From Raillietiella orientalis (taxonomy: Eukaryota): a stretch of 64,000 nt of DNA. Positions 60,497-64,000 of this stretch are shown piece after piece. Positions within the stretch are counted from its first letter, which is position 1. The number at the start of each line of letters is the position of its first letter. Position numbers and translations under genes: made by a program. The stretch is taken from positions 5,828,001 through 5,892,000 of the forward strand of contig JAYWIR010000005.1 in assembly GCA_036172245.1 (NCBI GenBank). Reading direction: 5' to 3'. A model generated the notes under the pieces. The model saw only the letters and a list, made by a program, of their open reading frames with translations. It was not told where the DNA came from and searched no databases.

Positions 60497-61275
60497 CTGG
60501 AACACTCTGAGTGAATCACTGGGCACCCGCGTGGACCCATTTGTCTTCGAGCCCAAATCCAAGAAGGGTTCGGCAAAAGTTTTCGTAGCGTTGGGAGCTC
60601 AACCGTTCACCTGCTCCGCGACCGTCCCATGGGGGATCAGTGACCGCAGTTTCAGGAATGACGCACTCGTCGGGACACTCGGATCACAGCACACGACAAC
60701 CGACTTCCCTGGGGTTCCCAAGAAGAGAGGAACTGTGGAGACTGCGTATCTGAGAAGGCAAGAGAGCACTCATCTTGGTCTACTTTCACCAAGGTGAGTG
60801 TCCTCAGGCTGCAGCAGCGTTGCTTGGAAGGAGCTTCCGCTATAACCCGGGAAGAGAGACGAGGGAGATCAGCGGGTTCGGTCTCGCTCTGGAGCGCACC
60901 CGTCGCAGCAGTCTCGGGGCATGCGTGTGGCTTCGTGAGGAGAGCACGCCGACGCGGTCCTGCGCCCTAGACGCCGGAAGTTGCAAGAACCCCCCACTTC
61001 CTGATTTCCAGTCCTAAGTTTCCTGTTTGTATCCGTCTCCTCCACCGGCAAGTCACTGGCCTGGGTCCTGGAGTCCTTTGCTTGCCCTCCCCCCTTTGTT
61101 GCTGCGTCTTGCGAGATTCCTCGTGGCTCCCGGCACCTGGAAATGCGGCGCGGCGCGGTGACCCGCTTCCTGTAGTCCCGCGGGCCCCATCCGACGTAGA
61201 AAGTGCCGAAACAGGAGGAAGCGGATTCCCACGGGTCCGCTTGGGTTTGTTCTTCTTTCCTGAGGGGCAACAATT

Positions 61276-61312
61276 TTAGTATATGTACAGACGAAGAGTG
61301 TACATATACTAA
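61276..61312. repeat. Perfect 14-bp inverted repeat with 9-nt loop
   Basis: ttagtatatgtaca-gacgaagag-tgtacatatactaa, extendable by caatt/aattg. Confidence 0.9.
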
Positions 61313-61489
61313 CAATTGCATCCCAGTCGCTGGTGTTTCAAATCTCCGCCATTTGCCTGTCTGATGCCAGCCAGTCTTCGGCCACTCGGGCGAGGAAGGT
61401 GCGCTTTCGAGTTGGGAGACCCCCTCCCTCAGGCGAACGAAGTTCGGACAGTTCGGACTTTACGTTGATGGGGTTGACCACGCGCCAGC

Positions 61490-61945
61490 GCGGGTGGCCG
61501 TGCGGCGGCTACGACGGTCTCCGCTCGTGGCAGCGAGCGTCGCGGGTTCGAGTCCCCATGTGGAGGATCGATATCTGGAAACAGGGGGGACATCCTGGGT
61601 TTCACGTCCTTCCCATCCTGCAGGATGACATTGGTTGGCCTACAGGCTTCGGGTGTGGAAAACCGGATGTTCTCGTTGAGTGCTCGGGATTGGAAGCTGA
61701 CTCTCCAGGGTCCTTCCAGGAATCAGGGTTCCCCTCCTATTGGGAAAATGGGGCTTTCTTCCCCTCGGAGAGGGAGAGGTGACCCTCCACCCGTACAATG
61801 GATCTGGTTGATAACCCTTGCTCGGAAAGGATTTTTTTTTGTCTCCCCGGAGTGTAAGAAGCGCGTCCTTCAGAGAAATTGGGAATCCTTTTCAGGGGAC
61901 CCATCCGGAAACAACCAGAGCAAGAGTTTACGGATTCGAGGATTT
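61490..61945 (+). mobile_element. tRNA-headed SINE-like repeat, copy E (internally deleted or 3'-truncated)
   Basis: A-box-like tggccgtgcgg, B-box gggttcgagtccc, and caggatgacattggttggcctacaggcttcgggtgtggaaaaccggatgt shared with copy C. Confidence 0.75.
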
Positions 61946-64000
61946 ACAGATCTCAAGCGAAGAGGACCGCTCTCCTGAGCTGCTGTTGCCTGCTCGCAGC
62001 AAAAGGGAGAGCAGGAAAAGATTGGCTTTCCGCTATTCGTCGTGACTCGAGTTTTCAGTGCTTCCCGGTTCGGGATCGGGAATGGATTTCCTTCCCCAAG
62101 GGAAACGGAATAAGCTGCGGTGATCGTCTCGCTATCTCGGCTGACTGCTGAAAGTCCAAGACGTGAAATGCCGGCACGGTCTGAACTCAAGGAGATGCCT
62201 CGAAGACTCTCCTCGAACGTTCCAGAAGGTCGCCACATGGGTAGGCTTCCTCTTCCAGCGCGAAAGGATAGATTGCTTCTCGCTAGCAAGTGCCTTCGAG
62301 AAGAATTCTTCTCTGCCGATGCGGACGGATTCCCTTGGGTGACGAAAGAGGCGCACTGGATGGCTCCATCTTTTCGCTCTCTCCAGCGTGTCTGGAGCCG
62401 GAAGCTTGTCTTCCGAACTTCCTGCAGCATCTTTAGTTCTTGAACGCCGGAGATCCAATCGCCGAGCCTCCTGGAGGAAGGTCACGAACCGCCAACCTCC
62501 ACACAGCGACGAAGCGCAAGCGAGCAAACGTGGCTGCCGGACGGAAAACTGAGGGTCCCAGCCGCGACGGGGACACGCCAAGCAAGGCGCTTATTCCAGC
62601 AGATCCTTCCGCTCATGGACGCGCTCCAGGGATCAGCCAGCCACGGCAGCGCGCGCACATGTTTTCCCGTCTCTCCGCAGCGCAAGGATGGTACGAAGGT
62701 TGACCCTTCTCTCACCGTCGTCCACAGGTCTGGGTTCGAGTCAGCCGGCTCGCAGGGATCTCGGGTCATCAACCTTGGCTTGGAGAGCCACCCTCGCCGC
62801 CATTACGGCGGTGTGGTCAAGCGCACTGTAGCTTGTGCCTGGTGGACGCCTCGTTGCTGTGATGCAGAGCCTTGGCGTCCTCCTTAAAGGAGGCTACGAG
62901 AGAACAAGCCCTTAGGGGCAGTCCGGTGGACGTCGCAGAACCAAGCTATGGAGCGGAGACCACCGGATGGATGGAGGGATGGCCATGGTGGTAGCGGCCG
63001 CCAAGGAGCACTCCTTAGAGATGCATAACTGCGGGCATGCGTGACGAGGGCCAGCTATAAGCCCATCCTTTTCTATTGGGTCAGTAGTATCGGCGAGGAG
63101 CAAACGTTGAGGGATCCCGGGAAGCTGGTCACTCGCATGGTATGTGAAAGGATTTACCATACCTGCAAGCGCGAGTGGCACACGGGAACTCTCCTGTGAG
63201 GATCCGGTGCTTGCGTGGAACCCTATACGCATCTTGCTAATCTGTGGTGGTTAATGTCGGAAGGTATCCCACTTTCTGACTGAGAACACTAGGGCGTGAT
63301 CACCTCGGAAGCATCCCTCTTCAGGATGCAGACGGGCAAATCACGACTGCCCCTGAGCAGTGTGGCCGCAGCGCATGCCCTCCGGCGCAAGCTGAACCCC
63401 ATGCTGTGGTTCGAAAACGTGCGTGAAGGCCTGGGGCCGTCACGGCGCGCCATGATGTCAGTTCGGGAGACGATTTCCCAAAGAAAGGAGGGAGGTGCTT
63501 GGCCACTTCGGGGAGGTGGGTCATCTGAGGGAACGGCGTCTCTTCATCGAGGGTAGGCAATGCGACCGGAAGTACCCCACCTCAGGATCAGTCGCAAAGC
63601 GGAAAGGAAAAGCCGACGAAAGAAAGGAAGAGAGGTGTAGGCAGCGGAGCAACCTTGCATCTGATCTACAGTCACCACTGACACGACATCCCCCCGCCCT
63701 CGGGACAGACAGAATGGGGGGTGGATGGAGGTAGACAAGAAAGTAAAAGACAGAAAGAAAGCTGAACAGTCGCGAAGTTCCCTAGGAGAAAAGGGAGCGC
63801 TCCCCCTTTTCCCTTCAGGTAAGAAAGAGAACAAATCGAAGAGAGGACCGCGAGGGTGCTCACCACTTCGAGGCAGAGATAAGGAATTGCGAGAGGTGAA
63901 CCCGCCGCGGAAAGATGCGACGATACGCAGCCTCCTCAACGGCGCAGCAAGTCAACGCTAGTAGCGAACGAGCGACCTCGGCTACAGAATCCACGGTGGA

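Noticed and set aside
60869..61321. Possible upstream exon of the Cys-loop gene (LLVYVHSSSV)
   Set aside because: The resemblance arises from the palindrome at 61276-61312, with no suitable splice donor or continuing homology. The 5' exons probably lie beyond 64000.
61950..62450. AP-endonuclease N-terminal relic (LQEVR) on the minus strand
   Set aside because: Only a single short motif, with no downstream GDFN or SDH support seen.

Overview
This is eukaryotic (animal, probably non-insect arthropod) genomic DNA, so the long six-frame ORFs are mostly artefacts and genes had to be assembled from GT-AG exons. Three intron-containing genes are supported. (1) The 3' part of a cubitus interruptus/Gli zinc-finger transcription factor on + (1-4531, 8 exons). 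(2) A complete SLC5A3/SMIT-like sodium:solute symporter on - (35807-21465, 14 exons). (3) The 3' six exons of a divergent GlyR/GluCl-type Cys-loop ligand-gated channel subunit on - (60496-44994), whose M2 lacks the PAR motif and whose M3 lacks the ivermectin-sensitivity glycine. Introns and intergenic DNA are full of mobile DNA. There are five copies of a ~0.75 kb tRNA-headed SINE-like repeat and an AT-rich ~1.9 kb fold-back element with a TTAA-flanked piggyBac-like MITE nested in one arm. There are also decayed relics of LINEs, a Ty3/gypsy element and a PIF/Harbinger transposase. A 61-bp hairpin-forming tandem array seeded by a perfect 44-bp palindrome sits upstream of the SLC5 gene, and several isolated perfect hairpins are scattered through the window. 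I see no prokaryote-style system (CRISPR, operon). All family assignments come from motif recognition by eye, not database searches.
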